Part shown: piece by piece, positions 1-10,300 of the stretch
Layout: every line of letters starts with the position of its first letter
Numbering within the stretch: position 1 is the stretch's first letter
Virus record (IMG/VR): IMGVR_UViG_3300033997_000310
Span: 50,802 to 114,801 of that record
Strand: one strand, 5' to 3'
DNA: 64,000 nt
Source of the DNA: a virus
Translations under genes and position numbers: made by a program
The notes under the pieces: model-generated
What the model was told of the DNA's origin: nothing
What the model saw: the letters and a program-made list of their open reading frames with translations, nothing else
The model's database searches: none

Positions 1-2
1 TG

Positions 3-611
3 CAGCGCAACGCCCTGCTGCCCGCCCTGACCGGTATCTTCGCCGGCCCGCTGGCCAGCACCCATGTGCTGACCAAGGCGACGGAAGACGCCAATACGGC
101 GCCGGACAGCGCCTTCATCGGCAGCGACAACGTGATCGACTGCGCCAACCTGCTGGGCGACCATTGGGAGCGCGTGACCACCCTGGTCATGCACTCCAAG
201 CCGTTCTCGCGCCTGCAGAAGCTGAAGCTGATCGAGTATGTTCCGCTGTCTGAGCAGAACATCCAGGTTCCGTTCTTCCTTGGCCGCCGCGTGATCGTCG
301 ATGACGGCTGCCCGGCCGTGAATGGCAGCGCCAGCGGCAAGAAGTACACGACCTACCTGTTTGGCGCGGGAACCATCGCCTATGGCGAGGGCACGCCGAA
401 GGTGCCGACCGAGACCGACCGCGACTCCCTGGCCGGTATCGATTATCTGGTCACCCGTCGTCACTTCTTCCTGCATCCGCGCGGCCTGAAGTGGGTCGGC
501 GCCGTCGCCGGCAAGACCCCGACCAATGCCGAGCTGGAATCCGGTTCGTCCTGGAGCCTCGTCTACGAGGCCAAGAACGTGCCGATCCTCAAGCTGGTCA
601 CCAACGGCTAA
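3..611 (+). CDS. Major capsid protein, C-terminal part (truncated by window start)
   Basis: The frame is open from position 3. Motifs FLGRRVIVDD, ETDRDSLAGIDYLVTRRHFFLHPRG and PTNAEL resemble SPP1-like siphovirus capsid C-termini. It is the first gene of the structural block. Confidence 0.85.
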   Translation, partial: QRNALLPALTGIFAGPLASTHVLTKATEDANTAPDSAFIGSDNVIDCANLLGDHWERVTTLVMHSKPFSRLQKLKLIEYVPLSEQNIQVPFFLGRRVIVDDGCPAVNGSASGKKYTTYLFGAGTIAYGEGTPKVPTETDRDSLAGIDYLVTRRHFFLHPRGLKWVGAVAGKTPTNAELESGSSWSLVYEAKNVPILKLVTNG

Positions 612-617
612 GGGCCT

Positions 618-641
618 GACGGCTCGCTTCGGCGGGCCGTC
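618..641 (+). terminator. Stem-loop after the capsid gene
   Basis: GACGGCTCGC-TTCG-GCGGGCCGTC hairpin just after the stop codon; the U-tract is weak. Confidence 0.5.
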
Positions 642-668
642 TCCTTATCGGCACAAGGAAGTCTCGCC

Positions 669-1211
669 ATGACGTACCGCAACAAGACCCTGTCCGAGCG
701 CCAGCTTGCCAATATCGAGCTGCTGACGGACTCCTCCGGTGGCACCGAGGTGACTGAAATCACCTCCAAGGTCGGCATTTATGTCGTGCCGCTGTTCATC
801 AACCTTGCCGAAGTTACCGGCAACGGCGACGTACTGACGACATACACGCCTGGACACAAGTTCAAGATCCTGGCCGTGGACTTTGCCGTTGCAAAGGCCG
901 TCACCACCGCCTCCAAGCGCGCCGACTTCAATCTGGAGATCGGCACGACGAACGTGACCGGTGGTGTCGTCAGCGTCACCAGCGCCGCTGCAACGCCGAT
1001 GGGCAAGGTCATCGCCGGCACGGCGGTCACTGCCGCCAACACCGGCAGCGCCACCGATACGATCTCGGTCGAATCGGCCAGCGTCACCGCGCACGCTGAA
1101 GGCAATGGCTGGATCCTGATCAAGCTCCAGAACATGGACACGGTCGATGCCGTCGCTGCGCTGTGCGGCAAGCTGAACGACGTGATCTACGGCGCGCAGA
1201 AGACGGCGTAA
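669..1211 (+). CDS. Virion structural protein (possible head decoration)
   Basis: AAGGAAG RBS; Thr/Ala/Val-rich, beta-type composition; follows the capsid gene. Confidence 0.55.
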   Translation: MTYRNKTLSERQLANIELLTDSSGGTEVTEITSKVGIYVVPLFINLAEVTGNGDVLTTYTPGHKFKILAVDFAVAKAVTTASKRADFNLEIGTTNVTGGVVSVTSAAATPMGKVIAGTAVTAANTGSATDTISVESASVTAHAEGNGWILIKLQNMDTVDAVAALCGKLNDVIYGAQKTA

Positions 1212-1247
1212 CCCACGCCTCCACCTCTTTCAGAAGGATACCGGGCC

Positions 1248-1655
1248 ATGGCCCTCGAAACCGAAGCCTCCCTCACCCAGGACATGCCCTACACCAACGG
1301 CGCCCACGAGCGGGCCCTGGTGCAGTTGGCGGGGTACGAGGATGTCACCGCGACCACGACCACCCAGGCGCTGCGTGTCGATATCTATCAGACGCGCATC
1401 ACCGCTGCTGCCGTGTCCAGCGTCGCCACGCTGCCCGCCGGCACGTTCCCCGGCCAGCGCAAGGTCGTGACCATGCCGGCCCGCGCCGGCAGCGTCACAT
1501 TTATCCTGACCCCGAGCGTTGGTGTGACCTGGAAGCAGGCGAACGGCACCGACGACAGCGCCAGCGTCACCTTCGACGCTGCCGGTGAGTATCTGGTGGT
1601 GCTGTGGGATGGCGCTAAGTGGGTGAACCAGTCCACCAACGCCACCGTCGCCTGA
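1248..1655 (+). CDS. Putative virion protein
   Basis: AAGGA RBS, phage-like codon use, Thr/Ala/Val-rich. Confidence 0.55.
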   Translation: MALETEASLTQDMPYTNGAHERALVQLAGYEDVTATTTTQALRVDIYQTRITAAAVSSVATLPAGTFPGQRKVVTMPARAGSVTFILTPSVGVTWKQANGTDDSASVTFDAAGEYLVVLWDGAKWVNQSTNATVA

Positions 1656-1715
1656 CCCTGAACAAGGGGCGCCACCCCAACATGGCGCCCCTGAATCCCA
1701 ACGGAGCGGAAAGCC

Positions 1716-2081
1716 ATGTCTGCCACCGGCCATAACTATCGCCGCATCATGCTCATGCGTCGTGCGGAGCAGGAGCGCCAGCGCTTGGCGCAGGAAGCTG
1801 CCGCTGCCCAGGAAACGGAGGCGAGCGACGAAGGTGCCGGCGCTCAAGGCATTCCATTGGAGGGCGCTGATCCAGGCGTGATCCCCTCTGCGCCCGTACA
1901 AAACAGCGGCGAGATTCAGGCCGCCGATGCTCCGCCATCCGTCAACTACGCCGAGTTCACGAAGGTCGAACTGAAGAAGATGGCAGACGAGCGCTTTGGC
2001 CTGAAGCTGGAGCCGGCGATGTCGAAGGGCGACATGATCGCCGCCATTGAGGCCGCGGCCTCGAAGTCTGAAGGCAACTGA
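1716..2081 (+). CDS. Small head-module protein with a C-terminal Rho-N/HeH-like helical motif
   Basis: C-terminal YAEFTKVELKKMADERFGLKLEPAMSKGDMIAAI. Confidence 0.55.
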   Translation: MSATGHNYRRIMLMRRAEQERQRLAQEAAAAQETEASDEGAGAQGIPLEGADPGVIPSAPVQNSGEIQAADAPPSVNYAEFTKVELKKMADERFGLKLEPAMSKGDMIAAIEAAASKSEGN

Positions 2082-2083
2082 TC

Positions 2084-2383
2084 ATGCCTACCGCCTACAT
2101 CGAGGAATTCGATGCCGCCTACCGGGTGAATGGGGACGTCATTCCGACCGTCCCCGGCACCCTCATGGCCAAGCAGAAGGTCGCCATCGCCGGCACGTCT
2201 GCACAGTCATCCGCGCTGGCCGCCGGCACGCGCATCGTGCATCTGTGCGCCGATACCGATTGCCTGTTCCTGGTGGGCGCCAACCCGACCGCAGACGCCA
2301 ACAGCCGCTATCTGCCGGCCAAGGTTCCGCGCCTGATCTCCGTCGCTGGCGGCGAGAAGATCGCCGTTATCAGCATCTCGTAA
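2084..2383 (+). CDS. Hypothetical phage protein
   Basis: Tightly packed ORF in the operon. Confidence 0.6.
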   Translation: MPTAYIEEFDAAYRVNGDVIPTVPGTLMAKQKVAIAGTSAQSSALAAGTRIVHLCADTDCLFLVGANPTADANSRYLPAKVPRLISVAGGEKIAVISIS

Positions 2384-2397
2384 CCTGGGAGGCCAGC

Positions 2398-2907
2398 GTG
2401 GCGTTCACCGCGGAAGACGGCACCGGAGTCACGGGAAGCAATTCCCTCGTGAGCGTTTCCGCTGCCGACACGTACTTCAGCGACCGGAACAACACGACTT
2501 GGGCCGCCAAGACGACGGCGCAGAAGCAGGCTGCACTTCTCGAAGGCACCGCCTACCTTGAAGGCACCTATGTCGGCCAATGGCCTGGCACGATCCTGAA
2601 AGAGACCCAGGGACTCTCCTGGCCGCGTGAATACGCCTATGACCGCGACCGCCGCGAACTGACCGGCGTCCCTGTTGATGTGCAGGCGGCTGTGTGCGAG
2701 TTGGCGTTCCAGTCCTTCTCCGGTGCGCTCGCACCCTCCACCAACGGCGCCAAGCGCGTGAAGCGCATCAAGGGCGGTTCGGCTGAGATCGAGTACGAGA
2801 CCAGCAGGGGCGGCACGGCCCGCGAATATCCGTTCGTGACGCGGCTGCTGTCGCGCATCCTGTCCGGTCCCGGCGGCACCTACAACATCGCGCTGCGGAG
2901 GGTCTGA
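2398..2907 (+). CDS. Head-tail adaptor (DnaT-like family)
   Basis: GTG start after GGAGG; motifs AEDGTG..SNS.VSV..AD.YF, QGLSWPR and VP.DVQAAVCELA. Confidence 0.8.
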   Translation: MAFTAEDGTGVTGSNSLVSVSAADTYFSDRNNTTWAAKTTAQKQAALLEGTAYLEGTYVGQWPGTILKETQGLSWPREYAYDRDRRELTGVPVDVQAAVCELAFQSFSGALAPSTNGAKRVKRIKGGSAEIEYETSRGGTAREYPFVTRLLSRILSGPGGTYNIALRRV

Positions 2908-3296
2908 TGGGCTTGCTTGCTGACTTCTCCGACGGCATGGCCGAACTGTTCACCGCGCTGGAAGACCTGGCATTCGTCGGCACGGTCACGCGCACGGTCC
3001 CTGGCACCTATGACCCGGACACCGGCCCGACCAGCACCACACTGACGTCGTCGTGCAAGATCGTCTTCGATACCAAGCCGGACACGAACGACACTCGCCT
3101 CGTTGGCCTGGAGATCCTTCCGACCGACGAAAAAATGCTGCTGCAGGGCCTGACCTTCAAGCCGAACGAAGGCGATACCGTCACCATCACGGCGCGCGGT
3201 GACGGCACCTCAGTCAGTGACCAGCCGGTGCGGCGCATCATCTTCGTCGATGACGTCATTCAGAGCGGCGCGCTCTATTCCGTGGTGGGGCGCTGA
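2907..3296 (+). CDS. Head closure/stopper protein
   Basis: TGATG coupling to the adaptor; GTYDPDTG motif; typical position. Confidence 0.65.
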   Translation: MGLLADFSDGMAELFTALEDLAFVGTVTRTVPGTYDPDTGPTSTTLTSSCKIVFDTKPDTNDTRLVGLEILPTDEKMLLQGLTFKPNEGDTVTITARGDGTSVSDQPVRRIIFVDDVIQSGALYSVVGR

Positions 3297-3757
3297 TGCC
3301 GGGACTGGACTTCGCATATCGCCTCGGATGGAAGGCCTACATCACCCTGGTCTGGGAAATCGTCTGGGACCGGTTCTGCTTCATGTGGTGGCGTACCGAG
3401 ACGAGGTCGGCAGAAATCGTGTTCGGGTCCGTCGCCGCGCTATGGGCTGCCCTACTGTTTCACGCGGATACCGCGTCCGCCAAGCATCTGTCGTCCTATC
3501 TGGAGACCATCGCACCGGCCGGCGTCTGGCAATGGCTGCTGTTTGTCCTGGGTGGTGCGCAGTGCGCCATCGCCTGGTTCAAGCAGCGCTCGCTGATTCC
3601 GCTGCGGCTGTTGATCTGGATGGCCAGCTTCGCGACGTGGTCCTACGTCATGCTCATCAGCTTCCTCGCTGTACCGCCAGCGCTGATTACTGCTGCCGTC
3701 GCTGCTGTGCTGGTCTTCGGCTCTTTCTGGGCTGTCACTCGAACGGGGCGTGGGTGA
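3296..3757 (+). CDS. Integral membrane protein (about 4 TM helices)
   Basis: Four hydrophobic stretches; translationally coupled to the previous gene. Confidence 0.65.
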   Translation: MPGLDFAYRLGWKAYITLVWEIVWDRFCFMWWRTETRSAEIVFGSVAALWAALLFHADTASAKHLSSYLETIAPAGVWQWLLFVLGGAQCAIAWFKQRSLIPLRLLIWMASFATWSYVMLISFLAVPPALITAAVAAVLVFGSFWAVTRTGRG

Positions 3758-3760
3758 TGC

Positions 3761-4099
3761 ATGGAAATCCTGTCGCTCTTTCAGAAGCTCGGCCCGGAAT
3801 GGCTCACCGGCGGCCTGTTCGCGGGCGTGGCCATCTTCGCCCTGGTGCTGCAACTGAAGCGCATGAGGCAGGACGACAGCCGGAACGACGCAGAGGTGCA
3901 GTTTCGGGGCGACCTGTTCAAGCAAATCGCGGAGCAACGGGCGGAAATCAAGGAACTGAAGGAGCGCGCCGATCGGTTCGCAGACGAGCGCAACAAGGCC
4001 TTGCTGGCCGCGGCCGCCATGGAAGCATCCAACAAGGAACTGGCGGCACAGGTCGGCGGCTTGCAGGCGCTGCACGACATCCGGCGGGGAGATAAGTGA
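3761..4099 (+). CDS. Protein with an N-terminal TM helix and coiled coil
   Basis: WLTGGLFAGVAIFALVL followed by a heptad-rich region. Confidence 0.65.
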   Translation: MEILSLFQKLGPEWLTGGLFAGVAIFALVLQLKRMRQDDSRNDAEVQFRGDLFKQIAEQRAEIKELKERADRFADERNKALLAAAAMEASNKELAAQVGGLQALHDIRRGDK

Positions 4100-4506
4100 T
4101 GCCGTCCGGTACTTTCGCGCTTGATGTATCTCGCTGGGTCGCCAAGGCCAATGGCAACACCGATCTGGTGTTGCGCAAGATCACTTTGGACTTGACGCGG
4201 TCGGTCGTGATGAAAACGCCTGTCGACACCGGCCGTGCCAGAGGTGCGTGGTCCGTGTCCATCGCGACCATTCCGCCATATGAGGTTAAGCCGGAAGACA
4301 AGAGCGGCGGCAACGTGCTGAGCAAGGCTGCCGGCACAATCAACAGCGAGGTGAAGGCTGGCCAGGTCATTTACCTCACCAACACGCTGCCGTACATCCT
4401 GCGCCTTGAGGAAGGCTACTCAAAGCAGGCCCCGGCCGGCATGGTTGGGCTCACGCTGCGTGAATGGCCCGGCATCGTCCGCACCAGCACGGCGGGGCTG
4501 CCATGA
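4096..4506 (+). CDS. HK97 gp10-like neck/tail completion protein
   Basis: TPVDTGRARGAW and LEEGYSKQAPAGMV motifs. Confidence 0.85.
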   Translation: MMPSGTFALDVSRWVAKANGNTDLVLRKITLDLTRSVVMKTPVDTGRARGAWSVSIATIPPYEVKPEDKSGGNVLSKAAGTINSEVKAGQVIYLTNTLPYILRLEEGYSKQAPAGMVGLTLREWPGIVRTSTAGLP

Positions 4507-4934
4507 CCGCGCTTCGCATCGCATCCGCCATGGAAAAGCGCCTCAAGAGCCTATCGCCCGCACTGCCGACGAAGTGGGAGGGCGCGCAATACACAGCGAC
4601 CGCAGGCACCGCATGGCAGCGCGCCACCGTGATGTTCTCCGACACGCGGGCCTTGGGTGTGTTCGGCGAAGCGCCTGAGGAATGGACCGGGTATCTGCAC
4701 ATCTCGCTCAACTACCCGAACGGGCAGGGCGCACAGCCGGCGCGCACGCGTGCAACGCTTCTCTGCGGAGACCGGGACAATGGCGTTCAAGGCCACTTCT
4801 ATCGCGGTCAAGTGCTGATTGAGGGCAACACCAAGGTCACGATCTATCAGCCGATCATCAAGACGGGCGATGACTCTGACCCGCTCTGGTACTCGCTGCC
4901 CGTACACATCCCTTTCCTCGCTCACACGATCTGA
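4503..4934 (+). CDS. Tail terminator protein
   Basis: ATGA overlap; lies between the gp10-like and tail tube genes; G.L.ISLNYP.G.G motif. Confidence 0.7.
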   Translation: MTALRIASAMEKRLKSLSPALPTKWEGAQYTATAGTAWQRATVMFSDTRALGVFGEAPEEWTGYLHISLNYPNGQGAQPARTRATLLCGDRDNGVQGHFYRGQVLIEGNTKVTIYQPIIKTGDDSDPLWYSLPVHIPFLAHTI

Positions 4935-4946
4935 CGGAAGGAAATC

Positions 4947-5240
4947 ATGGCCACCAAGCGCAAGCCCGTCGAGCCCGCCACCGAGATCGTCGCGCCGCCC
5001 GCCGATGTCAACATCGTCGTGAGCGCACTGAACGCTCTGTCCGAAGCGGCATCCTCCGGCAGTGCATGGACACCAGATGTAGCATCGCTGTATCAAGATG
5101 CGGTGCAACTTGCGCAGAAGCAGGCGAAGGCGCTGGAGCGTATCGCAGGTTTCGAATTTGCATCCGACGCGCCACCGGGCCCAGCCCACGCTGCGTTGAA
5201 TGCAGTCCGCAAGATCGCCAGCGACGCCCTGGGGGCGTAA
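4947..5240 (+). CDS. Hypothetical protein
   Basis: GGAAGGA RBS, in operon. Confidence 0.55.
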   Translation: MATKRKPVEPATEIVAPPADVNIVVSALNALSEAASSGSAWTPDVASLYQDAVQLAQKQAKALERIAGFEFASDAPPGPAHAALNAVRKIASDALGA

Positions 5241-5307
5241 CGGCAACCCAACCCGCCGGTGGCAGGGCCATCGGCAGCCAACACCCCCAATCTGAAGGAC
5301 GTTCGCC

Positions 5308-6519
5308 ATGACGATCGCAAAGGGCATTGCCAAGCAGCTCATCTACAAGAAGGAAACCACGTTCGGCACGCTGGCCGGCGCGTCCAGTGCGCAGCGCCTG
5401 CGCCGCACGGAATCGACGCTGAACCTGCAGAAGGACACCTACCAGTCGGCCGAAATCCGCAGCGATTATCAGATCGCCGATTTCCGCCACGGTGTGCGTC
5501 GCGTCGCCGGCAACGTGAATGGCGAGTTGAGCCTGGGGACCTATAAGGACTTCATCGCCCATGTCCTGCGCCAGGATTGGGTGGCCGGTGTCTCCAAGAC
5601 CAACAGCGATTTCACCAGCGTGACCAGCGACAGCGGCACGAAGACCTTCACTTTCGCCAGCGGCAACCCCATCACCGAGGGCTTCCGCGTGGGCGACGTG
5701 ATCCGGTGGACGGGGCTGGCGGCGACCGCCAACAACAGCCGCAACATGCGGATCACCGCGCTGACCAGCACGGCCATCACCGTGGCCGAAAGCATCACGA
5801 CCGATGCCAGCCCGGACAGCAGCTTCACGGTTGCGGTGGTCGGCAGCAAGGTCATGGTGCCTTCGACCGGCCACACCGACACCAGCTTCACGTTCGAGCA
5901 TTACTTCTCTGACCTGGACAAGACCGAGGTCTTCACGGGCGTCAAGGTCAACACCATGGAGATCGGCCTGCCGGCAACCGGCATGGCGACCATCAACATG
6001 GCGATGATGGGCCAGAACCGCACGCTGGATCCCAATGGTGACGGCTCCGCGCCGTACTTCACCAGCCCGACCTCCGAAACGACCACGGCTATCCTGGCAG
6101 CGGTTAGCGGCGTGCTGCGTGTCAACGGCGCCGACAACGCCGTCGTGACCGGCATCACCATCAACATCTCTGGCAACATCACGGGCGATCCGGTGGTCGG
6201 CTCCAACCTGATCCCGAACATGTTCACCGGTCGCGTGAACGTCACCGGCAGCTTCACCGCCTATTTCGATGGGCAGTCGCTGGACGAGGCTTTCGACGAC
6301 GAGTCCGAGGTCTCGCTGCACTTCATGCTGACCACCGCCGATGGCGAGCCGAAGCCGTTCCTGGCTGTACATCTGCCGCGAATCAAGTTGGGCGGAAACG
6401 ACAAGAACGACGGTGAGGGCGGCCTGATCCAGACCATCCCGTTCCAGGCGCTTCTGAAGCCGACGACGAGCGGTTTCGACTCTTCAACGATAATTTTCCA
6501 GGACAGCAGCGTGTCCTAA
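5308..6519 (+). CDS. Major tail tube protein
   Basis: YKKETTFG, SAEIRSDYQIADFRHG, G.VNGELS and FTFEHYFSD motifs; 403 aa; precedes chaperones and tape measure gene. Confidence 0.85.
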   Translation: MTIAKGIAKQLIYKKETTFGTLAGASSAQRLRRTESTLNLQKDTYQSAEIRSDYQIADFRHGVRRVAGNVNGELSLGTYKDFIAHVLRQDWVAGVSKTNSDFTSVTSDSGTKTFTFASGNPITEGFRVGDVIRWTGLAATANNSRNMRITALTSTAITVAESITTDASPDSSFTVAVVGSKVMVPSTGHTDTSFTFEHYFSDLDKTEVFTGVKVNTMEIGLPATGMATINMAMMGQNRTLDPNGDGSAPYFTSPTSETTTAILAAVSGVLRVNGADNAVVTGITINISGNITGDPVVGSNLIPNMFTGRVNVTGSFTAYFDGQSLDEAFDDESEVSLHFMLTTADGEPKPFLAVHLPRIKLGGNDKNDGEGGLIQTIPFQALLKPTTSGFDSSTIIFQDSSVS

Positions 6520-6616
6520 CCGAGATGCCGGCCCCAACCCGGCATGAGTGTCTGCGCAGACTTGGGGGCGGGGAGTTGGGCCCCGCCCCCTTCAACCCAC
6601 CCAACGGGAAATCATC

Positions 6617-7003
6617 ATGGCCTTCGACATTTCCGCTGCCAAGCAGCTCGACACCGCTGAATACACCGTCATCCACCCGGCGACGAAGGATGAGACGGAA
6701 TGGAAGATCACTTTCGCCGGCCCGAGCCATCCCAAGGCCGTCTCGCAGCGCAACGCCATGCTCCGCAAGGGCCTGGTGCGCAGCAAGAACGGCGGGCGCG
6801 ATCTGAAGCCGAACGTGGTCGATGAGGAAGCCGTCGACTTCATCGTCGATCGCATCATCGGCTGGACCGGCGCGTCGCAGGAGTTCGAAGAGGAATACGC
6901 CAAGTCGCTGCTGATGAAGCCGGAATATAGCTGGCTGCGTGGCCAGTTGAACGTGTTCCTGAACGACGACGCGTCTTTTATCGGCAGCTCCGCGACGAAC
7001 TGA
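6617..7003 (+). CDS. Tail assembly chaperone (gpG-like)
   Basis: Follows the tail tube gene; IHPAT, GPSHP and IIGWTG motifs. Confidence 0.75.
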   Translation: MAFDISAAKQLDTAEYTVIHPATKDETEWKITFAGPSHPKAVSQRNAMLRKGLVRSKNGGRDLKPNVVDEEAVDFIVDRIIGWTGASQEFEEEYAKSLLMKPEYSWLRGQLNVFLNDDASFIGSSATN

Positions 7004-7374
7004 TCGCCTACGCGGAGCACGAGTTTGCCCTGTCGGTGGAAACCGATGGGGCAACCCTCCGGAAGCACCTGGAGAGCGTGGAAGCGCAGACAGGCAAGCG
7101 ACCGGCACAGTTGGATGGCCCCGAGTTCCCAACCGGGGTGGAGTATCTGTGGGAGTGGTACTGGCAGCTGCGTCGCCACAACGGCGGCAATGGTTTCGGG
7201 CCCGGCCCGATATCGTGGAGTGAAATCGACGCTTGGGCGAGAAGAACCGGGGCAGACCCGGCCCCCTGGGAGTTGGAAGTGATCTCTGAACTGGACGCCG
7301 CCTATCTGAAACAGCAGGCGGTTGAACGGAAAAAGAATGACGACCGACATCGCAACGCTCGGGATCAAGGTTGA
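6976..7374 (+). CDS. Tail assembly chaperone, second part (gpT-like), likely reached by -1 frameshift
   Basis: The -1 frame is open from TTTT at 6976-6979; YLWEWYWQL and GPISWSEIDAW motifs. Confidence 0.7.
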   Translation, partial: FYRQLRDELIAYAEHEFALSVETDGATLRKHLESVEAQTGKRPAQLDGPEFPTGVEYLWEWYWQLRRHNGGNGFGPGPISWSEIDAWARRTGADPAPWELEVISELDAAYLKQQAVERKKNDDRHRNARDQG

Positions 7375-10300
7375 CACCACGCAAGCGGCACGCGGGGCCA
7401 GTGACCTTGAGCGCTTCGAGGAAAGCGCCGGGAAAGCCGGTCGGGCGGTCGACAAGATGGAGAACGAGGTCAACTCCATTCTGGGTCCGCTGCGTGCGCT
7501 CCAGGGCTTGTTGGCTGGTGTCACTGCGGCGCTTGGTATCCAGAAGCTGATCGAATATGCCGACACATGGAACCTGCTGAACGCGCGCATCAAGATCGTC
7601 AGCCGCTCAACGCAGGAGTTTGTCACGGCGCAGCGAGAACTGTTCCGCATCTCGCAGGAAACCAGAACGGCACTGGAGGGCACGGTCTCGCTCTATACCC
7701 GCGTCGCTGGCGTTGCGCAGCGAGCAGGTCGGTCGCAGGTCGAGGTGCTGAAGTTCACCGAGACCGTCAGCAAGGGACTCCAGGTCTCTGGCGCATCTGC
7801 GGCCGAGGCGCAGAACACCATTATCCAGCTTGGCCAAGCGCTGGCCAGCGGTGCCCTGCGTGGCGACGAGTTCAACTCCCTGCGTGAGAATGCGGGAGCC
7901 CTGGTGCAGGTGCTGGCTGATAACATCAAGGGCGTCGACGGCAACATGGGAAAGCTCCGTGAGTTCGCGGAGCAGGGCAAGCTGACGTTCGACGTGATTT
8001 TCAATGCGGCGCTGGGTGCTTCGGCCAAGATCAATGCCGACTATGCACAGCTTCCGGTAACTGTTGGCGCGGCTTTTACGGTTCTAGAAAACGCCTTCAT
8101 GAAGTTCGTCGGTGAGGTGGACAAGTCCACCGGCATCACGGCGGCTCTGTCGTCTGGACTGGTCTCGCTGTCAAAGAACCTGGATCTTGTTGCCGCATCC
8201 CTGGCAGGCTTGGCCGCCGCCGGCATCGTCGCCAGCCTGGGCACAATTATCGGCCTTATCCGGACAGCCACCACGGCCACCATCGCATGGACGGCGGCGC
8301 TGGCAACGAATCCAATTGGACTGCTGGCCGTGGCAATCTCAAGTGCTGTCGCGGCGCTGGTCTACTATCGAAATGAACTGGTGAATATCGGCAACCAGAC
8401 CGTTCGTGTCGGCAATGTGATCTCTGCCGTGTGGACGACCATTGCCGCCCCGATCGAGGCCGCTGTGAAGTGGCTGGCCGCAATGGTGCGCACACTTGCA
8501 GCGCTTGCGGCTTTCGACTTCAGCTCTGTTGGTCGCGGCCTTGGCGATGGCGCACAGGCCATGAAGGGCGCGGTATCAGATATCGAAAAGGCGTGGTCCC
8601 GTATGAACCTGCGGCCTGGACGCGATATGGGCCGCGACTCGGTCAACAACACGCCGACACCGGTCGCTGGTGTCGATCCTGCGGAGGTGAATGACAAAGA
8701 GCAACTGGTCAACGCCATCGAACGCATCATCGGCGCCTACGACAGGGAAAAGAAGATTGCCTTCGAGGTGGCCGACGCGCGCAAGCATCTGAACGCGGCG
8801 ATGGAGGCCGGTTCCCAGGCACTGAAGGACCAGATCGCGGCGGCCGGGGGCGTCGATTCCATCCTGAAGCGGTACGAGGCGCAGCTTCGTAGCAACACGA
8901 CTGCGGTCAAGCAGGCCGACGCCGTCACGCAGGCATTCAAGGACCAGATCGATGACGTCAATCGTTTCTTGGCGGATCAGGCCGGCGGACTGACCGAAGC
9001 CGAGAAGGCCTACCAGCCCTATGCGGCTCAGATCGAGAAGCTGAACGACCTGCTGGCCAAGAAGGGCGTCACCGACCAACAGCGCATCGCTATCCAGGAG
9101 ACGATCAACAAGCTGGAGTTGGCCGGCCGCGTCGCCATGGAAGATGCCAACGCCAAACTCCAGCGCCAGATCGATCTGCGCACCCTGGAACTGAATAGAC
9201 TGAAAGAGCGCAACGGGCTCATGTCTCGCGTCGTCGCCGGCGGCTCCGATGGACTGAAGGCTGGCGTGGAGTTGGAGGCTAAGGTCACGCAGTGGCAGAT
9301 CGACGATGCCATCCGTGGCCTCACCGATAGCCTGCGTGATGCGCGTGGGCAGATCAGCGAGACCAATCAGGCCATCATCGACGCCACCGAGGCGGAGATG
9401 AAGCGCAATGCCGTCCTTGAGCGGCAGGCGCAGATCAACGGCCTTGCACAGACCGCAGCCGACAGCCTGGGCAACATCTTCACGCGCATCCAGTCCGGCG
9501 ATTGGGGTAGCGTGGCCGAGGGCGTCGGCAAGTTCGTCACCGATTTCCAAACGCTTGAGAAGAAGACGGGCTCAACTGCCGGTGCCTTTAAGGAGTTGGG
9601 CGAAAACCTGCTGAAGTCGGCAGAGGCTGGCAACGCGCTGGGCAACATGCTGGGCAGCCTGTTCGGCCGGTCGGCGGCGGAGCAGAAGAACGCGCAGAAG
9701 GGCGGCGCCATCGGCGGCACCGTTGGCAGCTTCTTCGGAATGAAGGGGGCCGGCGCCTTCGTTGGCAACATCATCGGCGGCTTCTTCGGTACTTCCAAGG
9801 CCATGGAGCGCGCTGCGCAGAAGGCTGCCGACGTCGCCAAGCTCAACGAACAGATCGACAGCTTCCTCCAGGCCGCGTCGTCGGCCACCGATATGCAGAA
9901 GCAGCTCACGGCTTTGGATGCTCAATTCCAGTCGTTGCGGCGCGAAGCCGAGCGCTTGAAGCAGCCGGTCGACCTGCTGACGAAGGCCTATGAGGCCCAG
10001 CGCAAGAAAATCCTGGACGCCTTCGGCTCCGGCATCGACGAGCTGATCGACAAGTATTCCGGCCGGCAGGCGATGGCTGACCTGCGGGCCCTGCTGAAAG
10101 TGCAGGAGCAGCGCATCAAGGACGCGTTGGTGGCGGAATACGATCTGGGCAAGGTGCGTCGGGCCAATGCGCTGGAACTGGCTGATTTCTTCTCCAACCT
10201 GACCGAGGATCAGCTTGCCGCTTTCGGCGATCTGGTCTCCGCGCTCGACCGGGTGAAGGCCCGCATCCGCGACCTGACCACCACCATCACGGATCAACTC

